Source: Pseudomonadota bacterium
GTDB taxonomy: Bacteria; Bdellovibrionota_B; Oligoflexia; Oligoflexales; CAIMVM01
Direction: 5' to 3'
Assembly: GCA_037142195.1 (NCBI GenBank)
Contig: JBAXBA010000062.1
Coordinates: forward strand, 1 to 22,201
DNA: 22,201 nucleotides
Shown here: positions 1-8,483 of the stretch, one piece after another
How positions within the stretch are numbered: the first letter of the stretch is position 1
Layout of the letters: every line of letters starts with the position of its first letter
Notes under the pieces: generated by a model
Database searches by the model: none
Told to the model about the DNA's origin: nothing
Seen by the model: the letters and a program-made list of their open reading frames with translations, nothing else
Program-made: the position numbers and the translations under genes

Positions 1-89
1 CAATATGCGCAAAATCCCTAGGATGCGGTTGGGGTTTCGCGCCAGCGACTAATTAAACGAACCCAATTAAAAAGGAGGATGAAAAAAAC

Positions 90-619
90 GGATCTATAAC
101 ATTTCAGTTGATAGCCCCATGATTTTAAAAAGACCCTCCCTTGAGGATTCCGAGGGAATGGGATGGAATTCTCCGTTTTCTTTGGCGTCAATAGCGAGTC
201 AACTTTCCGCGATAGATCTTGAAATTCATCTAGGAGCTTTTCAATAGCGCTTTAAACTCAAATGTTTTTCAGCCCATCGATCTGTAGCAATCGTCTAATC
301 TTGGGAAGTCGCTAATCTTTGATCGATCAGAACAGCTAAATTTCTTTAAAAAGAAACTGCTCCAATGCTGTCGAATTGTTGAAGTCGCTCTTAAAAAGAA
401 CCCTCCAAACACGACAGTATTTATCCCAACACCCATATACACGTCGGTCGAACAGAACTTCTGGCACAACTTGCAAGGTAGGTCTCGGTTGAGCTAAACG
501 CTCGACAAAACGAGCATGTCCACCTTTACCAGAAAAATAAAGCAAACCTCGCTCATGGAGCGTAGTGGGTAGTTCGGCTATGTCTTTGATCGCATTTTTT
601 TCAACCCCTTTGGACAAGA
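90..619. repeat. Direct repeat copy 1 (530 bp): 3' end of the YcaO gene plus downstream non-coding DNA
   Basis: Aligns by eye to 2193-2722 from GGATCTATAACATTTCAG to TTTGGACAAGA, with scattered substitutions and small indels. Confidence 0.95.
336..619 (-). pseudogene. C-terminal fragment of a second YcaO-like gene
   Basis: Translation LSKGVEKNAIKDIAELPTTLHERGLLYFSG...WRVLFKSDFNNSTALEQFLFKEI matches the last ~90 aa of 2448-3332. The upstream part of ORF 336-833 is unrelated, and both ATP-binding motifs are absent. Confidence 0.85.
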
Positions 620-870
620 AAATCTGAAATTGCTGAAGTGTAAAATGCTGAGGTAGGTTGGGGCGCTGGCGATTGAAGGCTGAATTTTGGGCAGTTTCCA
701 ATTGGCGGGCATTCCAATGCTTTCCTGGGGATTGTGCCGCTGGCTTTGTGTTGTTTGGAAAGGACTCTGCAGGAGCGACCTTATATCCAACCTGGAAAGG
801 AGCTGCGGTCAATTGAGCAGCCCTCTGATCCATTTCACCTTCTCGCAGATGGAGGTGTTAGTATATCTTC

Positions 871-2046
871 TTAAAAATCTCGCAAAACTAATTCATCGTA
901 AGACTCCGGTGTCACGAAAACGGCTTCCTGAGCAAAAGGAAATTCGGTGTAGAAACTCGTAAGGGACTCTTCGTGCCTAGGTTTTGGCTCTTTCCATGTT
1001 ACCTGAATGGGGGTAATGCCACTTTTTGACTGCACCACGAAATCGACTTCTCCTTTTCCTCGCCAATAGAAAACGCTTAAATCTTTTTTCTTGAGAGCAA
1101 GAAAAACCAGGTTTTCGAAATCCTTGCCAAAATCCGCGCTCATTCTCGAGCAGACTGCTCGCCTCAATCCTGTATCAATGCTGTAATACTTGCGATTATG
1201 TCGCAGTCGCTTTGACTCAGAAAATGCAAAGAACGGACAACTCAAAATCAGGTAGGCGTTCTCACAGGCGTTGATGTATTGACTGGCAGTTTCAGGACTG
1301 ATACCAACGGCGCCTGCAATTCGGCGCAAACTAGTTTCAGAACCGGTGGATTCAAGGACCATTTGCGCAAGTGATCGAAGGGGCTGACTTGATTTGGCTC
1401 CCAGACGTTCGCGGATGTCCTTCTCTACTATGTCTTGGAAATATTGCTGCAAGAGCCGCTCGGGACGAGAGGCTTGGAGTGCACCTGGAAATCCGCCGGA
1501 TTGCAAATATTGCTGAAGGCTCGCTTTTGGTTTCATGAGCAGAAACTCTTTGAACGAAAATGGAAACACCTCGTACGTGAGATGTCGTCCCGTCAAACTC
1601 GTCGCCAGTTCTCCGCCAAGAAGCTGGCTGTTGGAGCCCGTGATTATAAATGTATGTCCTTTGGGACGTTCAAGACGCGCATTAAGCCACTTTTCCCAGC
1701 CAAAGACACTTTGGATTTCGTCAAGGAAGAAGATGAGTGGCCCTTCGATGTGGTTGGTTGCGACGGCTAAAATTTCGTCCAGAATTGTGAAATGAAGACT
1801 TTGGGACAGGCGAGGATCTTCAAAATTTACGAAGACGCATTTTTCGCGTGAGAGTCCAAATTGGCTTGTGAGTTGGGCGAGTAGAGTGGATTTCCCGGAT
1901 CGGCGTACGCCCTGAATGACGGTAACAACCCCTGGATCCACCGTGGTCCACTGGGACAGGGAACGGACCACGGAACGGGGTGGGGGCTCATCCCAAAAGC
2001 TCCATTCTCGCAGAATGTCAAGAAGTTCATTTCGATCAATGGACAC
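871..2046 (-). CDS. AAA+ ATPase, AAA_14 + DUF4143 family (C-terminal PD-(D/E)xK-like domain)
   Basis: Walker A GVRRSGKST, Walker B FFLDEIQ, ITGSNS, LTGR, GGFP, KYYSIDTG and FENLVF...YWR..GEVDFV; 391 aa. Confidence 0.9.
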   Translation of the reverse strand: MSIDRNELLDILREWSFWDEPPPRSVVRSLSQWTTVDPGVVTVIQGVRRSGKSTLLAQLTSQFGLSREKCVFVNFEDPRLSQSLHFTILDEILAVATNHIEGPLIFFLDEIQSVFGWEKWLNARLERPKGHTFIITGSNSQLLGGELATSLTGRHLTYEVFPFSFKEFLLMKPKASLQQYLQSGGFPGALQASRPERLLQQYFQDIVEKDIRERLGAKSSQPLRSLAQMVLESTGSETSLRRIAGAVGISPETASQYINACENAYLILSCPFFAFSESKRLRHNRKYYSIDTGLRRAVCSRMSADFGKDFENLVFLALKKKDLSVFYWRGKGEVDFVVQSKSGITPIQVTWKEPKPRHEESLTSFYTEFPFAQEAVFVTPESYDELVLRDF

Positions 2047-2089
2047 AGATCCCTCATTATTACAGCATGTTATGGTGTGCTTAGCTTAC

Positions 2090-2151
2090 TGGACACGCTC
2101 CCGTATGTCTATTGTACTGGACATTAGGGCTCGTGTCCACTGCGCTGGACA
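2090..2151. promoter_or_regulatory. Periodic operator-like array upstream of the ATPase
   Basis: TGGACA at 2090, 2118 and 2146; TGTCTA at 2106 and TGTCCA at 2134. Spacers alternate 10 and 6 bp (28-bp period). Confidence 0.65.
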
Positions 2152-2192
2152 AAAATAGCCGTCAGTTGTGGGACGCTAGTCGGGATTTAGCG

Positions 2193-2722
2193 GGATCTAT
2201 AACATTTCAGTGGATAACCCAAAGATTTTAATTAGGCCGCCCTTGAAGGGCCGAGGGAATGGGATCAAATTCTCCGTTTTTTTTTGGCGGCAATAGCGAG
2301 TCAACTTTCCGCGATAGATCTTGAAATTCATCTAGGAGCTTCTCAACAGCGCTTTAATCTCAAATGTTTTTCAGCCCATCGATCTGCAGCAATCGTCTAA
2401 TCTTGGGAAGTCGCTAATCTTTGATCGATGGGAACAGCTAAATTTCTTTAAAAGAGAAACTGGTCCATTGCAGTCGAATGGTTAAAGTCACTCTTAAATA
2501 GAACCCTCCATACACGACAGTATTTATCCCAACTCCCATATATACGCCGGTCGACCAGAACTTCTGGCACAACTTGCAAGGTAGGTCTCGGTTGAGCTAA
2601 ACGCTCGACAAAAAGAGCATGTCCCTCGTCACCAGCAAAAAAAAGCAAACGTCGCTCATGGAGAGCAGTGGGAAATTCGGCTATGTCTTTGATCGCATTT
2701 TTTTCAACCCATTTGGACAAGA
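2193..2722. repeat. Direct repeat copy 2 (530 bp)
   Basis: Homologous to 90-619; includes the 3' end of the intact YcaO gene. Confidence 0.95.
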
Positions 2723-3332
2723 CGTGTATATTCCGGAATAATTCCACAGACGCCCTTCTGTGAGCAGCAGCTATGTCAGACCCACCAGCAAAACCGTAGG
2801 CACAGCCAACATGAGGAATTTTTTTGGTAAGAATCACGACAGCAGCATCCGACATTGGCGAAAGTAAGCGTATTGCCCCGTCTCGGTTTGGGAGGAGTTC
2901 ATGCCCGATTTGTCCGTTCCACCATGCTAGCAACGACCAGCGTTCAACCGCCTCTAAATAAGCTCTTTGCCTCGCGAAATTTGAGAACGGACCAGGGTAA
3001 GCTGCCCAGCCATTCGTCGATGGATCTAAGTCAAGACCTGCAGCACTACTCAGTGAAGGATCTCGAGATGATGCGGCCCATGCCCACCTTTCCAGCGCTT
3101 CACTCACAGCTATATGGCAGGCGGTTGCTCTGGATGCGGAGGTTCCCCCTCCGTCGCAAAGACCATAGATTTTAAACTGAAGGTTGCTTCCTCGTTGAAT
3201 GAGGCCTTTCTTTAAATAAGCCATAGCCTCCCATTTTTGATGGGGGTCGATCCCATCTAACTGACGGACACTGATTTTGGCGATCGGTCCATCGTCGGCG
3301 CAGACATCTCTGTAATACCAGCTACCTAACAC
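2448..3332 (-). CDS. YcaO-like family protein (short, standalone)
   Basis: YcaO ATP-binding signatures GGGTSASRATACHIAVSEALERW and PSTNGWAA...RAYLEAVERW, plus AYGFAGG..AAHRRASVEL; 294 aa; GTG start 5 bp after the SBP stop. Confidence 0.85.
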   Translation of the reverse strand: MLGSWYYRDVCADDGPIAKISVRQLDGIDPHQKWEAMAYLKKGLIQRGSNLQFKIYGLCDGGGTSASRATACHIAVSEALERWAWAASSRDPSLSSAAGLDLDPSTNGWAAYPGPFSNFARQRAYLEAVERWSLLAWWNGQIGHELLPNRDGAIRLLSPMSDAAVVILTKKIPHVGCAYGFAGGSDIAAAHRRASVELFRNIHVLSKWVEKNAIKDIAEFPTALHERRLLFFAGDEGHALFVERLAQPRPTLQVVPEVLVDRRIYGSWDKYCRVWRVLFKSDFNHSTAMDQFLF

Positions 3333-3337
3333 AGGCT

Positions 3338-4861
3338 CTAGTTACTCATGCCTATGAGGCTTAAATCAGTTGGGGGCAAACTAAGGTTTAGCAAGCTCAT
3401 ATCAAATAGCCCCTTTCGTGCCCATAATCCTGACCTAAAATGAGCGACTGGCCAGACCACGGCGTCGTCCCAAATAATTTGATTCACGGCTGCCAGATCC
3501 AATTTTGGTTTTGCAGCTTCAAGGGCTAGGCGACCGCTAGGGTCCGGCAAGCGAATTCCTTCTTTCGAGAGGATCATGAATCGCACGTCTGCGTCGGGAT
3601 CTTCTACCAAGATGCCTGTGATTGTAGGATAAACATCGACGAGGTAAGAATCTTGGTCGGGATTATGGTGATAGCCACGCTGTTTAGTTGTTAGCTCCGG
3701 GACATCTATATATTTTCCATCCACGCTTTGCACCGCATCGGTGATCGCATCGACAATCTTTGTCTTAAATTCGCCTTGTTCTAGTCGGGCAAGGCCTCTC
3801 ACTTCACTTCCGTGAAGCGAGGAGAGATGTGGCGACTCCACAATCTCAAATTCCCGAATGCCTGGAATGGTTATCGGTAAAAAAGATAGCGTTGGCTTTA
3901 TTCCTTTGCTAGCTAGCGAACGGTAAAACGCGGCTCTCATGTCTTGTCTAACTTTAGAGTTATTCACTGGACTTGATTTATGCTTCCAGGAATAATTAGT
4001 CACATAGAAAATCGACGCACTCGTAGCCCCGGGAGCATACAGATCGTAGTTATTTGTGAGCTCGCTATCCAGAGTAGATCCCATAGCTAAATCGGCAGCA
4101 TTTCGATTCTTGGCGCCCCAGGTAAGAAAGATTTTTTCTGAAGCTTTTTTGTGGCGCAATTCCGTGGGATACTCTCGCCTGAGTGCTAAAGTGATTCCGT
4201 CAGGAGTCCAACTGGATATTGAGTAACTACCAGATGCGATCAATTGGTGTGGATCCCGCCATTGCCCCGTCACGGAGTCATAATCTTTAGGATGAACAAT
4301 TCCATAAATACCAAAACTGATCGTTTCCAGTAATTTAGGCTGTGGGCTGTCGAATTGGAGAACGATCGAGTCGCTGGTGGTTTGGAGGCCTTCAAAAATT
4401 CCACTTGCAGAATCCAGCTTATCAAGTCCTTTAAGATGCTCTGTAAAACCAGATTTTGAGCCTCTTTGATGCTGTAGGAAAGCGATTCGCGTTAACGACT
4501 TCCGCACCATGTCGGGAGTGATCACATCACCATTGTCAAAGTGGAGACCTGCTCGGATGCGAAATCGCCAAGTCATGAAGTCGGAGCTGGCAGACCAAGA
4601 CTCGGCGACAACCGGGAGAAATGTTCCCGTCTTGTATTGGCTAACGATAGGGGCATAGCAGCTACGCCCCGATACATGGTGAACAAATGCATCGTAATCC
4701 AGTGGGTCCATGGAATAGGGAGCACCGCCAAGCCAAACCTTCATAGGATCTCCGTCGTTTGATTGTCTATGCGCATGCCAATTCATAAAGAAAATAGCCA
4801 CGGTAATGCCCAACAAGCCGACCTTGGCTAGGATCCATTTTTTGTTCTTGGCTTTAATCAC
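3338..4861 (-). CDS. Orphan ABC-type solute-binding protein, family 5 (OppA/DppA-like), with N-terminal hydrophobic anchor
   Basis: PYSMDP, PVVAESWSASSDFMTWRFRIRAGLHFDNGDVITPDMVRKSL and IASGSYSISSW. Start placed at GTG 4861 (AGGT upstream); the ORF track start TTG 4876 is an alternative. No permease or ATPase gene in the window. Confidence 0.85.
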   Translation of the reverse strand: MIKAKNKKWILAKVGLLGITVAIFFMNWHAHRQSNDGDPMKVWLGGAPYSMDPLDYDAFVHHVSGRSCYAPIVSQYKTGTFLPVVAESWSASSDFMTWRFRIRAGLHFDNGDVITPDMVRKSLTRIAFLQHQRGSKSGFTEHLKGLDKLDSASGIFEGLQTTSDSIVLQFDSPQPKLLETISFGIYGIVHPKDYDSVTGQWRDPHQLIASGSYSISSWTPDGITLALRREYPTELRHKKASEKIFLTWGAKNRNAADLAMGSTLDSELTNNYDLYAPGATSASIFYVTNYSWKHKSSPVNNSKVRQDMRAAFYRSLASKGIKPTLSFLPITIPGIREFEIVESPHLSSLHGSEVRGLARLEQGEFKTKIVDAITDAVQSVDGKYIDVPELTTKQRGYHHNPDQDSYLVDVYPTITGILVEDPDADVRFMILSKEGIRLPDPSGRLALEAAKPKLDLAAVNQIIWDDAVVWPVAHFRSGLWARKGLFDMSLLNLSLPPTDLSLIGMSN

Positions 4862-4876
4862 CAAATGGACCTGCAA

Positions 4877-5017
4877 TTATAGACCGTTTGAATTCATGGA
4901 TTCATCATCCTCGGCCGTATCAGCTCTAGCTGTTGAGAAGTCTAGCTTCTCGGCAATCGCCTGTAGTCCTATCATGGCAAACACAACTGCGAAGATGGCT
5001 TTCGTGATAGATTTCAT
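4877..5017 (-). CDS. 46-aa peptide with Sec-type signal sequence; candidate precursor or signal peptide
   Basis: Hand translation: MKSITKAIFAVVFAMIGLQAIAEKLDFSTARADTAEDDESMNSNGL*. GGGG SD-like motif 5 nt upstream; first ORF of the operon; below the ORF-track cutoff. Confidence 0.75.
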   Translation of the reverse strand: MKSITKAIFAVVFAMIGLQAIAEKLDFSTARADTAEDDESMNSNGL

Positions 5018-5043
5018 TATAACCCCATGAAATTATTAGATTA

Positions 5044-5065
5044 TCAAAGTCCAACCTTTGACTTT
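5044..5065. promoter_or_regulatory. Dyad element in the divergent intergenic region
   Basis: TCAAAG-N6-CTTTGA (5044-5061) overlaps AAAGTC-N8-GACTTT (5046-5065); contains a -35-like TTGACT at 5058. Confidence 0.4.
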
Positions 5066-5118
5066 ATATTAAGTATGTATTAGTAAATCAAGCTCATTCT
5101 ATTTCTAAGGGATATCGA

Positions 5119-6468
5119 ATGGCTGTTTTTAGCAAAAGTAAGCGTCAAAATAGACCCATTTTCGATACATGGGTCGGATTTGTGCCGCTCGCTATAGTTA
5201 TGTTATCGATAATTATTACCTTAGCTTGGACAAGATGGCAATTGGCTCGGAGTGCCACTGCTTTTCAAAATGAGTTCCTTCAGCAAAATCTCACGGAGCT
5301 TGCATCCGGGGATACGATGACGCTCAGCCGTCGTCTCGAAGCATTGTCTAACAGTATACATTGGTCCTGTATCGAGGGACGGCGTCAGAATCACACATTC
5401 TTTGTGCGACATAGAGGTGCGTGCGGCAGTGGCTTTTTTCATCAAGAGGTAGACCTTGCTGCTCCGGGGAACCAAGATATAGAGCTTAAAGCAACTTTAT
5501 CGCTGCCATCAGATTTGCTTGGCATTGCTGTGATACTCATGGTTGGTCAGCTGGGATTGTTCCCTCTGCTTTGGCGATCGACTCAAGTTCATGAGCGAAT
5601 CAGATTAAATTCACTTCTGGAAAAAGAACGCGCAGAATCTGCAGTCAATAGGGCAGTGGCCGGAATGACCTCAATGTTAGCCCACGACATTCGCGGTCCA
5701 TTCTCCATCCTCCGCACAGGGATTGCGATGCTTAACAACGCCAAGGATCTTAACGGTGTAAAAAAGATTCTGGGACTATTGGTCCCGGAGATTGATAAAG
5801 CAGTGAGCAGCGTCGACGGCCTGATCTCTGATGTGATGGAAGTGGGTTCGACCGCCACGGAACTTATCCAAGAGCCGGTGAGTGCTGAGTCGTTAATTGA
5901 GGCCGCCCTGGGTGATATCTTCCGCGTCTATCCCAAGGCCGATGTGACTATTGCCTATGACCTTAAGCATTCGCACATGGTGAACGTGCACGCCTTGAAG
6001 ATTGCCCGGGTTTTTTCTAACATTCTCGGCAATGCTATTCAGGCGATGAATTATAAAGGTTCCCTTTGGTTCAAGACTAGGGAGCAGGATGGCTGCGTAG
6101 AGTTCTGCTTGGGCAATGCCGGTTCCATAATCCCGCCTGAAAGCCTGACCAAGCTATTCGATTCCTTCTTTACCTCAGGTAAGAAAGGTGGCACAGGCCT
6201 TGGTCTCGCCATTGCTGAAAAAGTTGTGAAAGCCCATGGCGGTCGCATCTGGTGTGAATCCTCTAAAACAACCTTACATCCCGAGGGTAAAGTTGAGTTC
6301 TTCTTCACGCTGCCGATCGTGGCTGGGTACTCGAGTAAAACGACAGCAACCCTTCCTAAACACAGCTCGGAGATCATCCAAGCCTTAGCTCCGTTTACGG
6401 CGCCAGAGGTAGAAATTTTGGGCAACATCGATCGAGCTGAAATCACTCTAGAAACTGATATTGTTTAA
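5119..6468 (+). CDS. Membrane sensor histidine kinase (N-terminal part of a hybrid kinase, ended by a premature TAA)
   Basis: Two hydrophobic segments around a ~90-aa extracytoplasmic domain; H-box LAHDIRGP, N-box FSNILGNAIQA, F-box LFDSFFT, G2 GTGLGLAI. Confidence 0.9.
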   Translation: MAVFSKSKRQNRPIFDTWVGFVPLAIVMLSIIITLAWTRWQLARSATAFQNEFLQQNLTELASGDTMTLSRRLEALSNSIHWSCIEGRRQNHTFFVRHRGACGSGFFHQEVDLAAPGNQDIELKATLSLPSDLLGIAVILMVGQLGLFPLLWRSTQVHERIRLNSLLEKERAESAVNRAVAGMTSMLAHDIRGPFSILRTGIAMLNNAKDLNGVKKILGLLVPEIDKAVSSVDGLISDVMEVGSTATELIQEPVSAESLIEAALGDIFRVYPKADVTIAYDLKHSHMVNVHALKIARVFSNILGNAIQAMNYKGSLWFKTREQDGCVEFCLGNAGSIIPPESLTKLFDSFFTSGKKGGTGLGLAIAEKVVKAHGGRIWCESSKTTLHPEGKVEFFFTLPIVAGYSSKTTATLPKHSSEIIQALAPFTAPEVEILGNIDRAEITLETDIV

Positions 6469-6933
6469 GCCAAAGAAACGCTTGGGCGTTCGCTACGAGT
6501 TTTGGTTGTCGATGACGAAACCATCTATCGAAGCGCGGTAGTATCTTACCTTGGCCGCACTCCAGAACTCTTGGCATTAATCTCACTCACTCAGGCCGCG
6601 AATGCGGCAGAGGCGTTAGGGTTGATTGGGCAATATGGCTTTGATCTAGTCATTACCGATGTTGACATGGGCCTTCAATCGCTTGATGGCTTCGAGTTAG
6701 TTCGAGGATTGCGAGCTAAAGGCATTGGTTCCTTTATCTGTGTTCATTCTAATCGGATCATCGCTGCCGATCATAAGACTGCTATAGATGCGGGCGCTGA
6801 TGCTTTTTTACCTAAACCCATGGCTCGGGCTCAACTTCTGCGCATGGTGCTTCAGGCAGTTCAAAAACAAGCAACGCATAGTAGTGAGAAGGCCGTGCCG
6901 TCAGTGGCTACGGTACCGTCAGCGAAACTTTGA
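6469..6933 (+). pseudogene. Receiver domain in frame with the kinase, after stop codon 6466-6468
   Basis: Reads IV*AKETLGRSLRVLVVDDE...ITDVDMG...HSN...FLPKP. The TTG 'start' at 6502 falls inside beta-strand 1 and has no SD. Confidence 0.8.
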
Positions 6934-6982
6934 TCCTTGTGTGGACGACGATTCCTGTATTCTTGATGCCTGGGCGGACTAG
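6930..6982 (+). pseudogene. Frameshifted, truncated start of a second receiver domain
   Basis: LILV (frame of 6930) followed by VDDDSCILDAWAD* (frame of 6941) reconstitutes a REC beta1/acidic pocket. Confidence 0.55.
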
Positions 6983-7257
6983 TGGACTGTGCTGCTAGAA
7001 ATAATGCAAGTCTTTGGTTCTTTGAGTTGCATAAACTTAGATCTTTCTGGCACCTGGGAGCCGGCTGGCTTTGAGCTCATGGACCAACAGGTGGATTGAT
7101 GAGACTTTCAACCAATATGTTAAAGATCCTATATCGACAAAAAGTTTAGAAAAAAAATAACAAAAGAAAAGATTGGGGAGCTGTCTATCAATTAAGATTT
7201 TGGCTAATAGACAGATCTATTTGAATAATATATCAGACAGGAATCTCATCACTAAAA

Positions 7258-7530
7258 TCAAGATGCATGCGGGACAATGGAATTATGATATAAATCCATG
7301 ATTGGAAAAATAAGATCAAAATCTCCCCACATCAATTCCCCATCTATGAGACTATAACTCTTAAAATATTTAGGCTTTAAATATTTTTGAATATCTGGAT
7401 GATGAGCTTGTTTAAGGAATATCTCAAAATCAATGATTTGTACAAAGTCATCAGAAAATAAAAGTTTGAGTTTGTATAAATCAAGGTACTCAACTTTTTT
7501 TACTTTTAGGTTTTTTGAAGTTTTTTTCAT
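7258..7530 (-). CDS. DUF2442 family protein (putative antitoxin)
   Basis: VKKVEYLDLYKLKLLFSD..QIIDF...F....LIDGELMWGDFDL....LY pattern; ATGA overlap with the upstream DUF4160 gene. Confidence 0.8.
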   Translation of the reverse strand: MKKTSKNLKVKKVEYLDLYKLKLLFSDDFVQIIDFEIFLKQAHHPDIQKYLKPKYFKSYSLIDGELMWGDFDLIFPIMDLYHNSIVPHAS

Positions 7531-7829
7531 AGACTTCCCGCAATTTTCTTCGGGACTATCTTCTTATGATAAATAAAATAGTTAACCCAACTTTGTACGA
7601 TTTCGTCGGCTAGTACAGTCGCCAAATTTTTAAAGTGTTTAGCCTGTGTTGTGGGTAAAGCCTTCTTGCCGCCAACTTTCTGCAGTTTAATTCGAGCAAC
7701 CGCGCCATTTTTTAAGACGATCTCAATTTTGCTTTCAAACTCGCCATAACGTCCATGAACATGTATGGGTTCATGCTCATTTGAGTAAAAAAATATAGTG
7801 ATTCCTAAATATTCATATCATTTTGGCAT
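7527..7829 (-). pseudogene. DUF4160 family protein (putative toxin), nonsense codon at position 4
   Basis: Hand translation: MPK*YEYLGITIFFYSNEHEPIHVHGRYGEFESKIEIVL...DEIVQSWVNYFIYHKK...GSL*; TGA at 7818-7820. Confidence 0.85.
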
Positions 7830-8139
7830 GTAAAATACCCTTGGAGCAAACATATGTTGACTATTATAAAAGAAAAGCAAGATCACGGCAAGAATTGATT
7901 TATCTATGGCTGAGGTTCCTGTAATTGAAGCCGCCCTAAGGCAATTCATGAAATTTTTTATGATTATTGTCTGAAATTGCGCCCCGTGGGCAATTTGTGC
8001 TTGAGTAGTTTCCGTAGGTTGCAAGGACATTTTAAGATTCTTTAAGGAATGTATTCCTCCCCTGGTTCAAGGGAGCTTAAAGTAGCCAGCGTGTGCAGTG
8101 AAGCGCTTTGTTGGTTTCAATTTGTATTATTCTGGCTGC

Positions 8140-8450
8140 TATTTTACCTTATCGGGCTTGTTGGCAAGCACTCACGGCTTACCGGAAATGAACTGCGGTT
8201 TTTGCGGAAGCAACTCAAGAGAACACAGGTTGAGTTTGCGAAATGGTTGAATGTGGCGAATCATTCCGTGATATCGTAATGGGAAAACCGAGAGAATAAT
8301 TTGAGTGGAATGGATTACAACACACAAGTGCTTTTGCGACTTCAAGCCATGGAATTGATTTCAAATCGGAAGAGTATCTCGGTAGAGGTGGTTGATCAGA
8401 TGAGAGGATGGAACACCAAGAAGGAAAGGTTAGAACTGTCTGCTGCATAG
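8140..8450 (+). pseudogene. XRE-family HTH (antitoxin-like) remnant
   Basis: RLTGNELRFLRKQLKRTQVEFAKWLNVANHSVIS*WENRENNLSGMDYNTQVLLRL...ELSAA*; in-frame TAA at 8277-8279. The 5' boundary is approximate. Confidence 0.75.
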
Positions 8451-8483
8451 GACAGGCAGGCCAAAGCAGCATGACATTTACTG

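Noticed and set aside
620..833. ORF 336-833 as a real chimeric protein
   Set aside because: The N-terminal part has no recognisable motif and simply runs in frame into the duplicated YcaO fragment.
4806..5030. Plus-strand 74-aa ORF and other short overlapping ORFs in the track
   Set aside because: Antisense or alternative-frame shadows of better-supported genes; this one overlaps the peptide and SBP starts.
7181..7214. CTGTCTAT...ATAGACAG inverted repeat as a terminator
   Set aside because: Long loop and no immediately adjacent U tract; insufficient support.
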